Shown here: positions 18,889-27,284 of the stretch, one piece after another
Position numbering within the stretch: the first letter of the stretch is position 1
Layout: each line of letters starts with the position of its first letter
Virus record (IMG/VR): IMGVR_UViG_3300042879_005260
Coordinates: 1 to 29,513 of that record
Strand: one strand, 5' to 3'
DNA from: a virus
Lineage: Duplodnaviria > Heunggongvirae > Uroviricota > Caudoviricetes
Length of the DNA stretch: 29,513 bases
Notes under the pieces: model-generated
The model's database searches: none
The model's input: the letters and a program-made list of their open reading frames with translations, nothing else
What the model was told of the DNA's origin: nothing
Program-made: the position numbers and the translations under genes

Positions 18889-20979
18889 GTGAGTTATATA
18901 GATAAAAATTCCAGTACTGTCATTTCAGCAAGATTAACTGATGAAGGTAAACGATTACTTTCTTTGGGTTTATTGACTTTTGATACATTTAGATTAGGTG
19001 ATTCAAACATTGATTATACTACACTTGGTTCTAGTTACAATATTAGTTTAGAAAATATTATTAGAGCCAAAGCAGACAATCCTGATATTAAAACACCGAT
19101 TAAGCCAACACCTAACGCAACAACAACTTACTCATCAATACCAACGCTAAGCCCAGTAATTTTAAATACATTAATTACTGCACCTAAATTAGGGTTTTTT
19201 GAATATGGTAGTGGTACTACAATACAATATACTGCAAGTACTGACACTGTTTGTCATGTGCTTCAAGCAGATACCGTAATACCAGTAACAGGGATGACTG
19301 GTAGCAATACCGTACCTGTTAAACAAGGACCAACATATGGGTTAAATAGTTATGAACCAAAAATTGGTGATATCATGATGGTTAAAATGAGTAATAACGA
19401 GTTAAGTATACAAGGAGCTCCTGCGGTTGTAGATTTAACAACACCAGTACCTTACTTGTGGTACCAAGTCCAAGGAACATCAGGTACTTTATCTACAAAT
19501 AATTTACTAGTTACCGTTGATAGAAATTTTGCAAATTTTTCAGGTTATAGTACTAGTAATAATGCAAATGTAATATTTTATCCATTAGGAACCGGTGGCA
19601 CCCAAAATAGTTTATTTAGTAGTGGTGGTTTTTTTAGTGGTGGTTGTGTTTGGAATATGAATAATGTCTGGAGTCAACCAATGCCTGGTGTAAATCCTGC
19701 AACATATGAAATATTTAACAATTACGGATCAGAAACCTACATAGGTTCAAAAGAATATTTTGGTTACACATCAGAAATTGCATACCAATATACCGCGAAT
19801 ACGGCTTGTAATTTAGTACCAGCAATTAGTATTATACATTACACCAACGTAGATTCTTGTGCTAATACAAGTGAGTTAAAATACGGGCAAAAACTTTATA
19901 TTGACAACGCAACATCTGTTTCACCAAAATTAATAATGCCAACTTTAATGTGGCATAAAAATTTAACGGGTACAACAATAGGCCAAACTTTTACGGCCGA
20001 TACAAGTGCTCAATTATTTGTTAAACTTTCTGGACAAAACACAACAGTATCTTATTACAATTTAGTAGATGGTTACGGTAATAAGGTTGGTAGGGTTTTC
20101 CCTAATTTACAGATTTTTACTATTGATGACCAAGAATTGGTAGCAGCACTTTCATATAAATCAAACAGAAATTGGACGTTACCGACCATACAAGGCCAAA
20201 CAATAGTAAGTACTGACGGTGTTGTAGATTCAACAGAAAATCTTTTTGTGACATATCTTTTAGAAAGTAGTTCAGGTTATACAACAGGATTACATTGTCA
20301 AAACATTATTTGTATTAACTATTTAAATAACGATAATAGTACTTTAGATTGTAAACCAACAGATACATCCAATTCCGCACTTTTAACCAAAAGAGCTGTT
20401 AATGTTAATTTACCTCTGGGTCAACTACCGTATATGAATTTAGGTGGTGGTCAAGGTTGGTACGCAGACAAATTTTATTTATTAGTACAAAAACAAAGTT
20501 TAGGTACAAATCCAAACCCAAGTTCTTGGGTTAAAATAGACTACACTTCACAAATAAACGGGCATACGGCGGGTACTAGAATTACACCATCAAACTTAGA
20601 GGCAACAACTTTCACCGTTACAAATACAGCTTACAATAGTTCAGGTAGTACTTATAATTTAAACGATTTCATTAAAATACCACAAGTTGCACAAAATGAA
20701 TATTTAAATTTTGGTGACGAAAGATTTTTTTATGGCAATATAGAAGCAATCGGTTCTAGTAACAAATACAGAACCAAATTTTCTTTTACGGTACCACCAA
20801 ACATTTTTAACACATCCACAAACCCTACTTGGACCACAAATGCCAATCAAAACGTTAGAATAGATGAGATCGGTGTTTATGATGTTAATAAAAAATTAGT
20901 CGCAATTGGTAAAACCAACAACCCTATTGAAAAAGTACCAAATTCAACAATAATAATTGAAATAGCTTTTGATATATAA
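18889..20979 (+). CDS. Baseplate/tail-collar-like structural protein
   Basis: GTG start after an A-rich leader. N-terminal RLTDEGKRLL and C-terminal IDEIGVYDVNKKLVAIGK resemble the two halves of the tail-collar fibre (DUF3751-like) domain. Confidence 0.55.
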   Translation: MSYIDKNSSTVISARLTDEGKRLLSLGLLTFDTFRLGDSNIDYTTLGSSYNISLENIIRAKADNPDIKTPIKPTPNATTTYSSIPTLSPVILNTLITAPKLGFFEYGSGTTIQYTASTDTVCHVLQADTVIPVTGMTGSNTVPVKQGPTYGLNSYEPKIGDIMMVKMSNNELSIQGAPAVVDLTTPVPYLWYQVQGTSGTLSTNNLLVTVDRNFANFSGYSTSNNANVIFYPLGTGGTQNSLFSSGGFFSGGCVWNMNNVWSQPMPGVNPATYEIFNNYGSETYIGSKEYFGYTSEIAYQYTANTACNLVPAISIIHYTNVDSCANTSELKYGQKLYIDNATSVSPKLIMPTLMWHKNLTGTTIGQTFTADTSAQLFVKLSGQNTTVSYYNLVDGYGNKVGRVFPNLQIFTIDDQELVAALSYKSNRNWTLPTIQGQTIVSTDGVVDSTENLFVTYLLESSSGYTTGLHCQNIICINYLNNDNSTLDCKPTDTSNSALLTKRAVNVNLPLGQLPYMNLGGGQGWYADKFYLLVQKQSLGTNPNPSSWVKIDYTSQINGHTAGTRITPSNLEATTFTVTNTAYNSSGSTYNLNDFIKIPQVAQNEYLNFGDERFFYGNIEAIGSSNKYRTKFSFTVPPNIFNTSTNPTWTTNANQNVRIDEIGVYDVNKKLVAIGKTNNPIEKVPNSTIIIEIAFDI

Positions 20980-21209
20980 TGGCATTTTTAGGTGGTAACA
21001 ATAACGAATTAATTTTAGTACTAACCCAAAAAGGCCTAAAAACATTATCTGAAAAGGGTTTAGAAAATACAATTGTATCTTATAATTTTTATGATGACGA
21101 ACTTAATTATGTTGTAGATGCATACCCTTCATTAGAGGTCGATATTTGTGGTAGTAATAAAACAATAACAAATAATAATATAATTTTAAGAAACGAACTA
21201 AAACCATAA
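20979..21209 (+). CDS. Small paralog carrying only the N-terminal 'LTxxG' module
   Basis: LTQKGLKTLSEKGLENTIVSYNFYD aligns with the N-termini of the genes at 18889 and 21212. Coupled by TAATG. Confidence 0.55.
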   Translation: MAFLGGNNNELILVLTQKGLKTLSEKGLENTIVSYNFYDDELNYVVDAYPSLEVDICGSNKTITNNNIILRNELKP

Positions 21210-21211
21210 CG

Positions 21212-22318
21212 ATGTCAACAATAACAACAACATTAACAGAATCTGGTTACAAAAAATTAATAACATCTGGTTTATTAAATAGTATAGTTGCTTATGATTT
21301 TTCTGATAACACTCATATATACACAAATACTGCTGAAGAAAGTTTAATTTTACCATTAATAGGTTCACATAACCAAGTAACAAGTTCAAAAGCCACAGCT
21401 TCTGATTACAGAGGAGTGTTTCCAACAACACCAACACCAACACAAGTGGTTGAGGTCACCAGTAGGAAAAGAATTACTTTTACTAATAATAGTTGTAGTA
21501 CACCATTTGAAGAGGCTGATTTAGTCTTAAATATAAATGTATCCAGATGGTTTAACGCTTTAAACGCCTTAACAACATATAGCACAACAATGTCACCTGG
21601 TTTAAATTTAAACTTAATTTCATATGTTACGGCTTATAAAGAAACTTTAAATACCGCAACGCAACAATACGGTGTTTCAGAAGTTTTAAATAATTTACTT
21701 TTATCTTGGAAATTAAATACTTCACAAGATGAAGAAAATATCGGCTTTTTAAGCCCAATATTTGTTACTTTAAATGGAACCCAAAAAGAACAAAAATATG
21801 AAAGAATAAATAATGGTTCACCATTTGCTTTACTTTTTGTTACAAATGAAATAAACGGCTTAAACGTTAATAATACTGGGCTTAATTTTTCTTTTGCACC
21901 AACCTGGGGTTATTACGCGAATAATGCTTTTGTATCAGCTAAAGTACTTGAAAATTTACCAAACTTAGATAGTTTTGACACCGTTTATCCTGCCGCTAAA
22001 GTCGGTAACAATATTTATACGTTAAGAACCATAACACCTTATCCAACAACGGAAGGATTAATTGGTTATGCAATTAATATGTTTAATGTCGATGGTAGTG
22101 GGGAAACTTTATTAAGTGGCTTAATCAGTGCGGGTAAATTGTTTTTCAAAACATACGTCACCAATAACAACTCAGTTTATAGCCTACCAATTTCATTAAC
22201 TGTTAATGTCGCTAATAATAGTATTAACAGTATACAAAATACAATAGGTGGTCATGTTACTTTAAATTTTATTTATGACGAAAATGACACATCGACAAAC
22301 TCAATAATCTATATCTAA
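21212..22318 (+). CDS. Structural protein with N-terminal 'LTxxG' module
   Basis: Starts with LTESGYKKLITSGLLNSIVAYDFSD; the remainder is T/N-rich and beta-like. Confidence 0.5.
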   Translation: MSTITTTLTESGYKKLITSGLLNSIVAYDFSDNTHIYTNTAEESLILPLIGSHNQVTSSKATASDYRGVFPTTPTPTQVVEVTSRKRITFTNNSCSTPFEEADLVLNINVSRWFNALNALTTYSTTMSPGLNLNLISYVTAYKETLNTATQQYGVSEVLNNLLLSWKLNTSQDEENIGFLSPIFVTLNGTQKEQKYERINNGSPFALLFVTNEINGLNVNNTGLNFSFAPTWGYYANNAFVSAKVLENLPNLDSFDTVYPAAKVGNNIYTLRTITPYPTTEGLIGYAINMFNVDGSGETLLSGLISAGKLFFKTYVTNNNSVYSLPISLTVNVANNSINSIQNTIGGHVTLNFIYDENDTSTNSIIYI

Positions 22319-22328
22319 AAATTAAATT

Positions 22329-22580
22329 ATGCCAATATTATTTCCTACAATACCAAGTACAAAACTTACTTATAGAATATATGATGATTTAATAACAACT
22401 AGTACACCACCAGCAATACCTAACATTGATTTTTTTCTGACTTGTACACAAAAAAACTTTTATTTAAAAGAAAATAATACAGTATCACAAGTTACGATAG
22501 ACTTTTTAGGTAATGATTCCGCTTATAAAATCAACGGAATATATAAAACGCTACCACAATCACAAACAAGTGCTAGATAA
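22329..22580 (+). CDS. Small hypothetical protein
   Basis: 83-aa ORF with an A-rich leader, filling the gap within the operon. Confidence 0.45.
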   Translation: MPILFPTIPSTKLTYRIYDDLITTSTPPAIPNIDFFLTCTQKNFYLKENNTVSQVTIDFLGNDSAYKINGIYKTLPQSQTSAR

Positions 22581-22615
22581 ACCGAAATAATTAAAAAAAA
22601 TAAAAAAAATAAAAA

Positions 22616-23824
22616 ATGCCTTTACCAGTAACAAACGTATATCAAAAAGAAGAAACTAATATTTCTTCTGTTTACACCATGGCACCTGGACAATTTATTA
22701 CTTACTATAAGTTACCCGCTTATAATGATGCTAATTTTAATACAAGTACACTTAGTCATCTTTGGGGTAATTTATCGTTAAGAACTTTGGGTGATTACAA
22801 TGTAATTAATCAATCATACGGTAACGGTGGTTGGTTAAATACCGCTTTAGCCGGCCTAATCGAATCTTTTTATACTTCTGGTGCCATAGCTTTTGTTGTT
22901 GATAATGAAAGATATCGTAATAGAATTTACGGCCAAAATGTCGCAATGACAATACCGATAAATTCTTCATTTTCTGGATCTACTTCAGGGTTTAGTGCAA
23001 CAACTCTCTATAGTTCTTTTGTTTATTCTCCAGCGAACCTAAATAAAAGCACAACCTCAATTTGTGCTGGATGTATCGTTGATACGTACTCAAGTGAGGC
23101 TTCAGTTACTTGGACTAACGACCAAGGTATTGGTTTTAAATACACACCAGGAACTAACCCAAATACTAATAACACTAAATACCCTTATTTTGAAAGTGGT
23201 GTTGTTTATTTAATGTCAGATAAAGTTTATAACACGTTTTCTGGAGCAACAGGTTCTAGTAATAGTTGGAGTTATCTGTATAACCAAACAAATAAATACG
23301 CTAATGGAGCTAGGCAAATCAGTACTGATCCAAGTAACACTCAATATTTAGGTACCGGTGGTTATGATAGAATAGCCGGAGTTCTTTTTTTGAATTCTGG
23401 TTTAGGTTTTATTTTTGATAAACAATTGGTACAAGCTTTCGATACAACAAAATTAAATGGTGATTGGACGACAGTTACTGGTGCAACAACAACATCTGGA
23501 TTTACAAATTTTGTTGCGGCGGATTATGATTTGGCGGAATTCCTAAATGTTAACATTGTCGCAGGGCCTAACGATTGGGTCAGCTCAACTAATTCATCTT
23601 ACATAGGTACCAATCAAGATTGCGGTATTGCGATTTCCACAATAACGTTACACGACCAAAATGGTGAATGTCTAGCGATAGCAAAACCAGATAAGGCTAT
23701 TATAAAAGAAGAAGGTGAATCTTTAGTTTTAGATTTAAAATTACCGATATCTGGGCCTTTGGCTGAAAGTTTAGCAACTACAGTGGGTAGAACCGATTGT
23801 AATGTTAGTGGTATACCTTGTTAA
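22616..23824 (+). CDS. Structural protein with C-terminal tail-collar-like module
   Basis: C-terminal ISTITLHDQNGECLAIAKPDKAIIK aligns with the C-terminus of the 18889 protein. Confidence 0.5.
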   Translation: MPLPVTNVYQKEETNISSVYTMAPGQFITYYKLPAYNDANFNTSTLSHLWGNLSLRTLGDYNVINQSYGNGGWLNTALAGLIESFYTSGAIAFVVDNERYRNRIYGQNVAMTIPINSSFSGSTSGFSATTLYSSFVYSPANLNKSTTSICAGCIVDTYSSEASVTWTNDQGIGFKYTPGTNPNTNNTKYPYFESGVVYLMSDKVYNTFSGATGSSNSWSYLYNQTNKYANGARQISTDPSNTQYLGTGGYDRIAGVLFLNSGLGFIFDKQLVQAFDTTKLNGDWTTVTGATTTSGFTNFVAADYDLAEFLNVNIVAGPNDWVSSTNSSYIGTNQDCGIAISTITLHDQNGECLAIAKPDKAIIKEEGESLVLDLKLPISGPLAESLATTVGRTDCNVSGIPC

Positions 23825-23849
23825 TAATAAATTATAAAAATGTTTTTTT

Positions 23850-24518
23850 ATGTCACAAATAGAAAGTAAAAAGATTGAAAAATCTTATGTTATGGGCTTA
23901 GATATTTCTACTCGAACAATTGGTATGGCTTTATTTGAACAAAGTGGTAAATTACTGGAATTAACACACATCACACCTAAAATAAAACCACAACCAGAGA
24001 ATAAACTAGAAGAAATGTTTAGAAAGGTTGATGCTTTTGAAAAAGTCTTAACCAGATACGTTGAATTAGATATCCAAAAAGTTATTATTGAAGAACCGTT
24101 ACTTAATAGTAATAATGTAAGAACGGTTGCAACACTTTTAAAATTTAATGGTATGATATCTAAAATAGTTGAAGAAGTTTTGGGTGTTATTCCAGATTTT
24201 ATTTCTTCTTACGACGCTCGTGCTTTTGCCTTTCCAGAATTGATGGCGATTAGAACAGTTGATAAAAAAGGACAACCATATAAAGAAAAAGAATTGAAAG
24301 ATAAAAAACCAGTTCTTTTTGGTGGTTATTCTTGGGATGTTGATAAAAAACAAGTTATCTGGGAAAAGGTTGCTGACCGTGAACCCCAGATAGTTTGGGA
24401 GTATGATAAGAATATGAGACTTAAAAAGGAAAACTTCGATATGAGTGATGCCTATGCAGTTTGCCTTGCAGCCATGAACCTTGATAAAATTAAAAATCAA
24501 GAAAAAAACCAAAAATAA
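23850..24518 (+). CDS. ruvC: RuvC-like Holliday junction resolvase
   Basis: RNase H-fold catalytic motifs GLDISTRTIG, IIEEP and DMSDAYAV. Confidence 0.8.
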   Translation: MSQIESKKIEKSYVMGLDISTRTIGMALFEQSGKLLELTHITPKIKPQPENKLEEMFRKVDAFEKVLTRYVELDIQKVIIEEPLLNSNNVRTVATLLKFNGMISKIVEEVLGVIPDFISSYDARAFAFPELMAIRTVDKKGQPYKEKELKDKKPVLFGGYSWDVDKKQVIWEKVADREPQIVWEYDKNMRLKKENFDMSDAYAVCLAAMNLDKIKNQEKNQK

Positions 24519-24550
24519 CCAGCATAAAAGCCCCTACCATTTTTACATAA

Positions 24551-24581
24551 TTTACTAAAACATTTATTTTTCTTATATTTG
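24551..24581 (+). promoter_or_regulatory. Bacteroidota-type sigma70 promoter upstream of primase
   Basis: TATATTTG at 24574-24581 matches the -7 element TAnnTTTG. TTTA at 24551 is a one-mismatch -33 TTTG at plausible spacing. Confidence 0.55.
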
Positions 24582-24585
24582 GCTC

Positions 24586-25560
24586 ATGGGGCAAATTGAA
24601 TCCACTTTATTATTGGATGTTGTAAAAGAAATTTTAGGACAACCTCGAAAAGAAAATAAAACCAAAAATCAATATTCGTTTGATTGTCCGGTTTGTTCTG
24701 CCGAAAAAGATATGCCCGATGGTGATGGTAAGGGTAACATGGAGGTTAATTTAAATAAAGGTGTTTACAATTGCTGGAGTTGTGGGGGCACACATAAAAC
24801 ACATGGTTCTATTGGGAAATTAATTACAAAATTTGGTCGAAAGGAACATAAGAAAAAACTAAAACAATTAGGTATTGTTTTAAGTGAAACCAAAACCAAA
24901 AAGAAAGAAATCCAAGAAATCAGAGAAATTCATTTACCTGAAGAGTTTCAACTTTTTGAGACCAGCAATAAAAACGATTTAATTTATAAAGAATCTTGGA
25001 ATTATTTAACCAAAGAAAGAGGTTTACTACCTGAAACCATTTATAAACATAAAATGGGTTTTGTTAAAATTGGTGAATATAGTCATAGAATTATTTTACC
25101 TTCGTATGATATTGAGGATAAATTAAATTATTTTACAGCAAGAACTTGGTTAAAACATAGAAAACCAAAATATAAAAATCCTGAATTACCAAGAGAAGAA
25201 ATTATTTTTAATGAAAAATTAGTTAATTGGGATTCTACTATATATATTGTTGAAGGACCTTTTGACCACATTGTGGTTTACAATTCAATACCAATGTTGG
25301 GAAAAGATTTACACCCTAAATTATACGATTCATTGATGAAGAAAGCTAATGCTTGGGTTGTTGTTTTATTAGATGATGATGCATGGGATAGAGCAAAACA
25401 AATATACAGTCAATTGAATGTTGGTCGATTACACGGTAAGGTTAAGATAATAAAAATGGCAGACGGTTACGATATTTCACAAGTAAATGAAGAATTTGGT
25501 CGTCAGGGTGTAATCGATGTTTTATCTTCTTCTTTTAAAATTAAAGAAAGTAATATTTAA
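24586..25560 (+). CDS. DNA primase (DnaG-like: Zn finger + TOPRIM)
   Basis: Zinc finger CPVC...YNCWSC, YLTKERGL, TOPRIM motifs IVEGPFD and LLDDDA. Confidence 0.88.
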   Translation: MGQIESTLLLDVVKEILGQPRKENKTKNQYSFDCPVCSAEKDMPDGDGKGNMEVNLNKGVYNCWSCGGTHKTHGSIGKLITKFGRKEHKKKLKQLGIVLSETKTKKKEIQEIREIHLPEEFQLFETSNKNDLIYKESWNYLTKERGLLPETIYKHKMGFVKIGEYSHRIILPSYDIEDKLNYFTARTWLKHRKPKYKNPELPREEIIFNEKLVNWDSTIYIVEGPFDHIVVYNSIPMLGKDLHPKLYDSLMKKANAWVVVLLDDDAWDRAKQIYSQLNVGRLHGKVKIIKMADGYDISQVNEEFGRQGVIDVLSSSFKIKESNI

Positions 25561-25564
25561 AAAA

Positions 25565-26320
25565 ATGTCAAAAAAAAGGGAATCCAAAGTTTATCTTGAA
25601 CCAGTAGAACATGTTTACATACATAAGTTCACGAAAGAAAAATTTAAAAGTGTTACAACAGTTTTATCTATGTTGGAACCAAAATTTAATGCAGAAGAAA
25701 TTGCCCTCGCAATTCAAAACCAAGACCCAACCAAAAAGAAAGAACAGTATCAAAACATGTCACAAGAAGAAATTCTTGCAGAATGGAAACGAATCAATGA
25801 TGAAGCAAATGAATACGGTACTGAAATTCATGAAATTATGGAACGTTATTTATTGGCCGATAAAATTTATATCCCAAAAAATGATTATGAACGTGAACTT
25901 ATCTTAAAGTTTCAAGAAATTGATCCAATGACAACTGGTACCATTTATCCTGAAACAATACTATTTTCTGAAAAACATAAATTGGCGGGCACAGCTGATA
26001 TAGTTGAGATGTGTGATGATCATTTTAATATTTGGGATTGGAAAACTAATAAAAAATTTAATTACATTTCTAAATACGGTCATTGGTTAAATAAACCTGT
26101 TTCACACTTATCGGACTGTCAGTATAGTGTTTATTCTCTACAATTATCGATTTATGCCTACTTGCTTCAATTGGAGACTAAGAAAAAGGTTGGAAGGATG
26201 GGTGTGTTTTATCTTAACCCAGAAACTGACAAATTTGAATTAATCCCTGTTATATATTTAGGTAGAGAAGCTAAAGATGTACTGGATTATTGGTTAGAAA
26301 TTAATAACAAAAATAAATAA
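25565..26320 (+). CDS. PD-(D/E)xK superfamily exonuclease (Cas4/RecB-like)
   Basis: Motifs SVTTVL, YGTEIHEIME, LAGTADIV...IWDWKT and YSLQLSIYAYLL. The ATG at 25565, just after the primase stop, is preferred over the overlapping start at 25517. Confidence 0.85.
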   Translation: MSKKRESKVYLEPVEHVYIHKFTKEKFKSVTTVLSMLEPKFNAEEIALAIQNQDPTKKKEQYQNMSQEEILAEWKRINDEANEYGTEIHEIMERYLLADKIYIPKNDYERELILKFQEIDPMTTGTIYPETILFSEKHKLAGTADIVEMCDDHFNIWDWKTNKKFNYISKYGHWLNKPVSHLSDCQYSVYSLQLSIYAYLLQLETKKKVGRMGVFYLNPETDKFELIPVIYLGREAKDVLDYWLEINNKNK

Positions 26321-26327
26321 AAAAACT

Positions 26328-26636
26328 ATGCAACAATTAAACGAAACAACTTACGACGAAATGATTAACGAGAATAAATTAACTGTGGTTAAATTCTTTG
26401 GAGTCTGGTGCGGTCCCTGCAAGGTACTTGCTCCGGCATTAGAAAGTATTGTTGGTAACTATCCAGATGTTAATTTTGGTGAAGTAGATATCGACCAAAA
26501 CATCTCACTAGCTCAAAAAGAAGGTATTCGTGGTGTACCTGCTGTTATCTTTTATAAAAATGGAAATGTTTTAGATAGATTATCTGGTTTACAACCTTTA
26601 CTAAATTATGTTAATAAAATAGAATCTTTGAAATAA
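26328..26636 (+). CDS. trxA: Thioredoxin
   Basis: 102 aa with VKFFGVWCGPCK active site and GIRGVPAVIFYKNG. Confidence 0.93.
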   Translation: MQQLNETTYDEMINENKLTVVKFFGVWCGPCKVLAPALESIVGNYPDVNFGEVDIDQNISLAQKEGIRGVPAVIFYKNGNVLDRLSGLQPLLNYVNKIESLK

Positions 26637-26637
26637 C

Positions 26638-26663
26638 AAAAACCCCCTTAACAAGGGGTTTTT
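26638..26663. terminator. Bidirectional intrinsic terminator
   Basis: AAAAACCCC-CTTAACAA-GGGGTTTTT hairpin between convergent genes, with a U-tract on both strands. Confidence 0.8.
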
Positions 26664-27211
26664 AATTTAAACTCTATTGAGAGACGGTTATACCCCATCC
26701 AACCCCTTTTAATTACCCAACAATACTCCAGTTCTGATTGTGGTATAAATTTATCTTTTAATTGAACTCCAATATTTGATGTTATGATTTTTTTCAAGAT
26801 ATCATCACCAATATATTGTTGTAATTCTTCTATAAATTTATTATATTTTTCTTTACCTAAACTAACATCACCGTTACCTAAATATTTGGTTACGTTATCA
26901 ATATCCCTTTGACGAGTTACTTTAATAATTGGTTCTGAATATAAAACCCAATTTTTTAAATACTTGGAATCGTATTTTTTAATTTCTATTTTTTCGTTTT
27001 CTTTTGTAATAGCATCGTATTTCTCAAAAATAGAATCTGAGGTTGGTATAAATTTATTTGCTTTAAAATCTAAAAAAGCTATTTTTTGAAAATTATTACG
27101 GCCAAAACCTGCCCAAACAATTTTGGGTGATTTAGAATTATGTTTCCACCCCTTTTCTTCACATATCAATTTTTCAAAAGTAATTCCTGTTTTATTTCTT
27201 ACTTGCTCCAT
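26648..27211 (-). CDS. Putative PD-(D/E)xK endonuclease-like protein
   Basis: 187 aa, basic. GITFEKLI helix followed by KYDAITKENEKIEIKK, a D-x(n)-E-x-K arrangement. The only real minus-strand gene in the window. Confidence 0.5.
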   Translation of the reverse strand: MEQVRNKTGITFEKLICEEKGWKHNSKSPKIVWAGFGRNNFQKIAFLDFKANKFIPTSDSIFEKYDAITKENEKIEIKKYDSKYLKNWVLYSEPIIKVTRQRDIDNVTKYLGNGDVSLGKEKYNKFIEELQQYIGDDILKKIITSNIGVQLKDKFIPQSELEYCWVIKRGWMGYNRLSIEFKLKTPC

Positions 27212-27218
27212 TTACTGA

Positions 27219-27259
27219 TTCACTTATTTCACTTATACTTACAAGAGTAAGATAAAGTG
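27219..27259. repeat. Tandem 9-mer and imperfect inverted repeat in the divergent intergenic region
   Basis: TTCACTTAT x2 (27219-27236), overlapping the imperfect hairpin CACTTAT-A-CTTAC-AAGA-GTAAG-ATAA-A-GTG (27230-27259). Confidence 0.5.
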
Positions 27260-27284
27260 CTCAATAAGTAAAATAATTAAAAAT

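Noticed and set aside
1-23824. Bacterial extracellular contractile injection system or giant eukaryotic virus
   Set aside because: The linked primase, resolvase, exonuclease and Mom-like genes, together with a gp6-like wedge and bacterial-style gene coupling, fit a tailed phage better. No NCLDV hallmark was seen.
7006-23824. Diversity-generating retroelement target or template repeats in tail genes
   Set aside because: There is no reverse transcriptase and I found no near-identical DNA repeat pair differing only at adenines. The repeats are diverged, protein-level ones.
4812-25907. Alternate-frame ORFs at 4812-5018, 6774-6986, 21198-21443, 24138-24512 and 25611-25907
   Set aside because: They are nested in well-supported genes and have the biased composition of off-frame translations.
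25565-26320. Cas4 / CRISPR system
   Set aside because: There is no repeat-spacer array, no other cas genes and no Fe-S cysteine set. This is an ordinary phage PD-(D/E)xK exonuclease next to primase.
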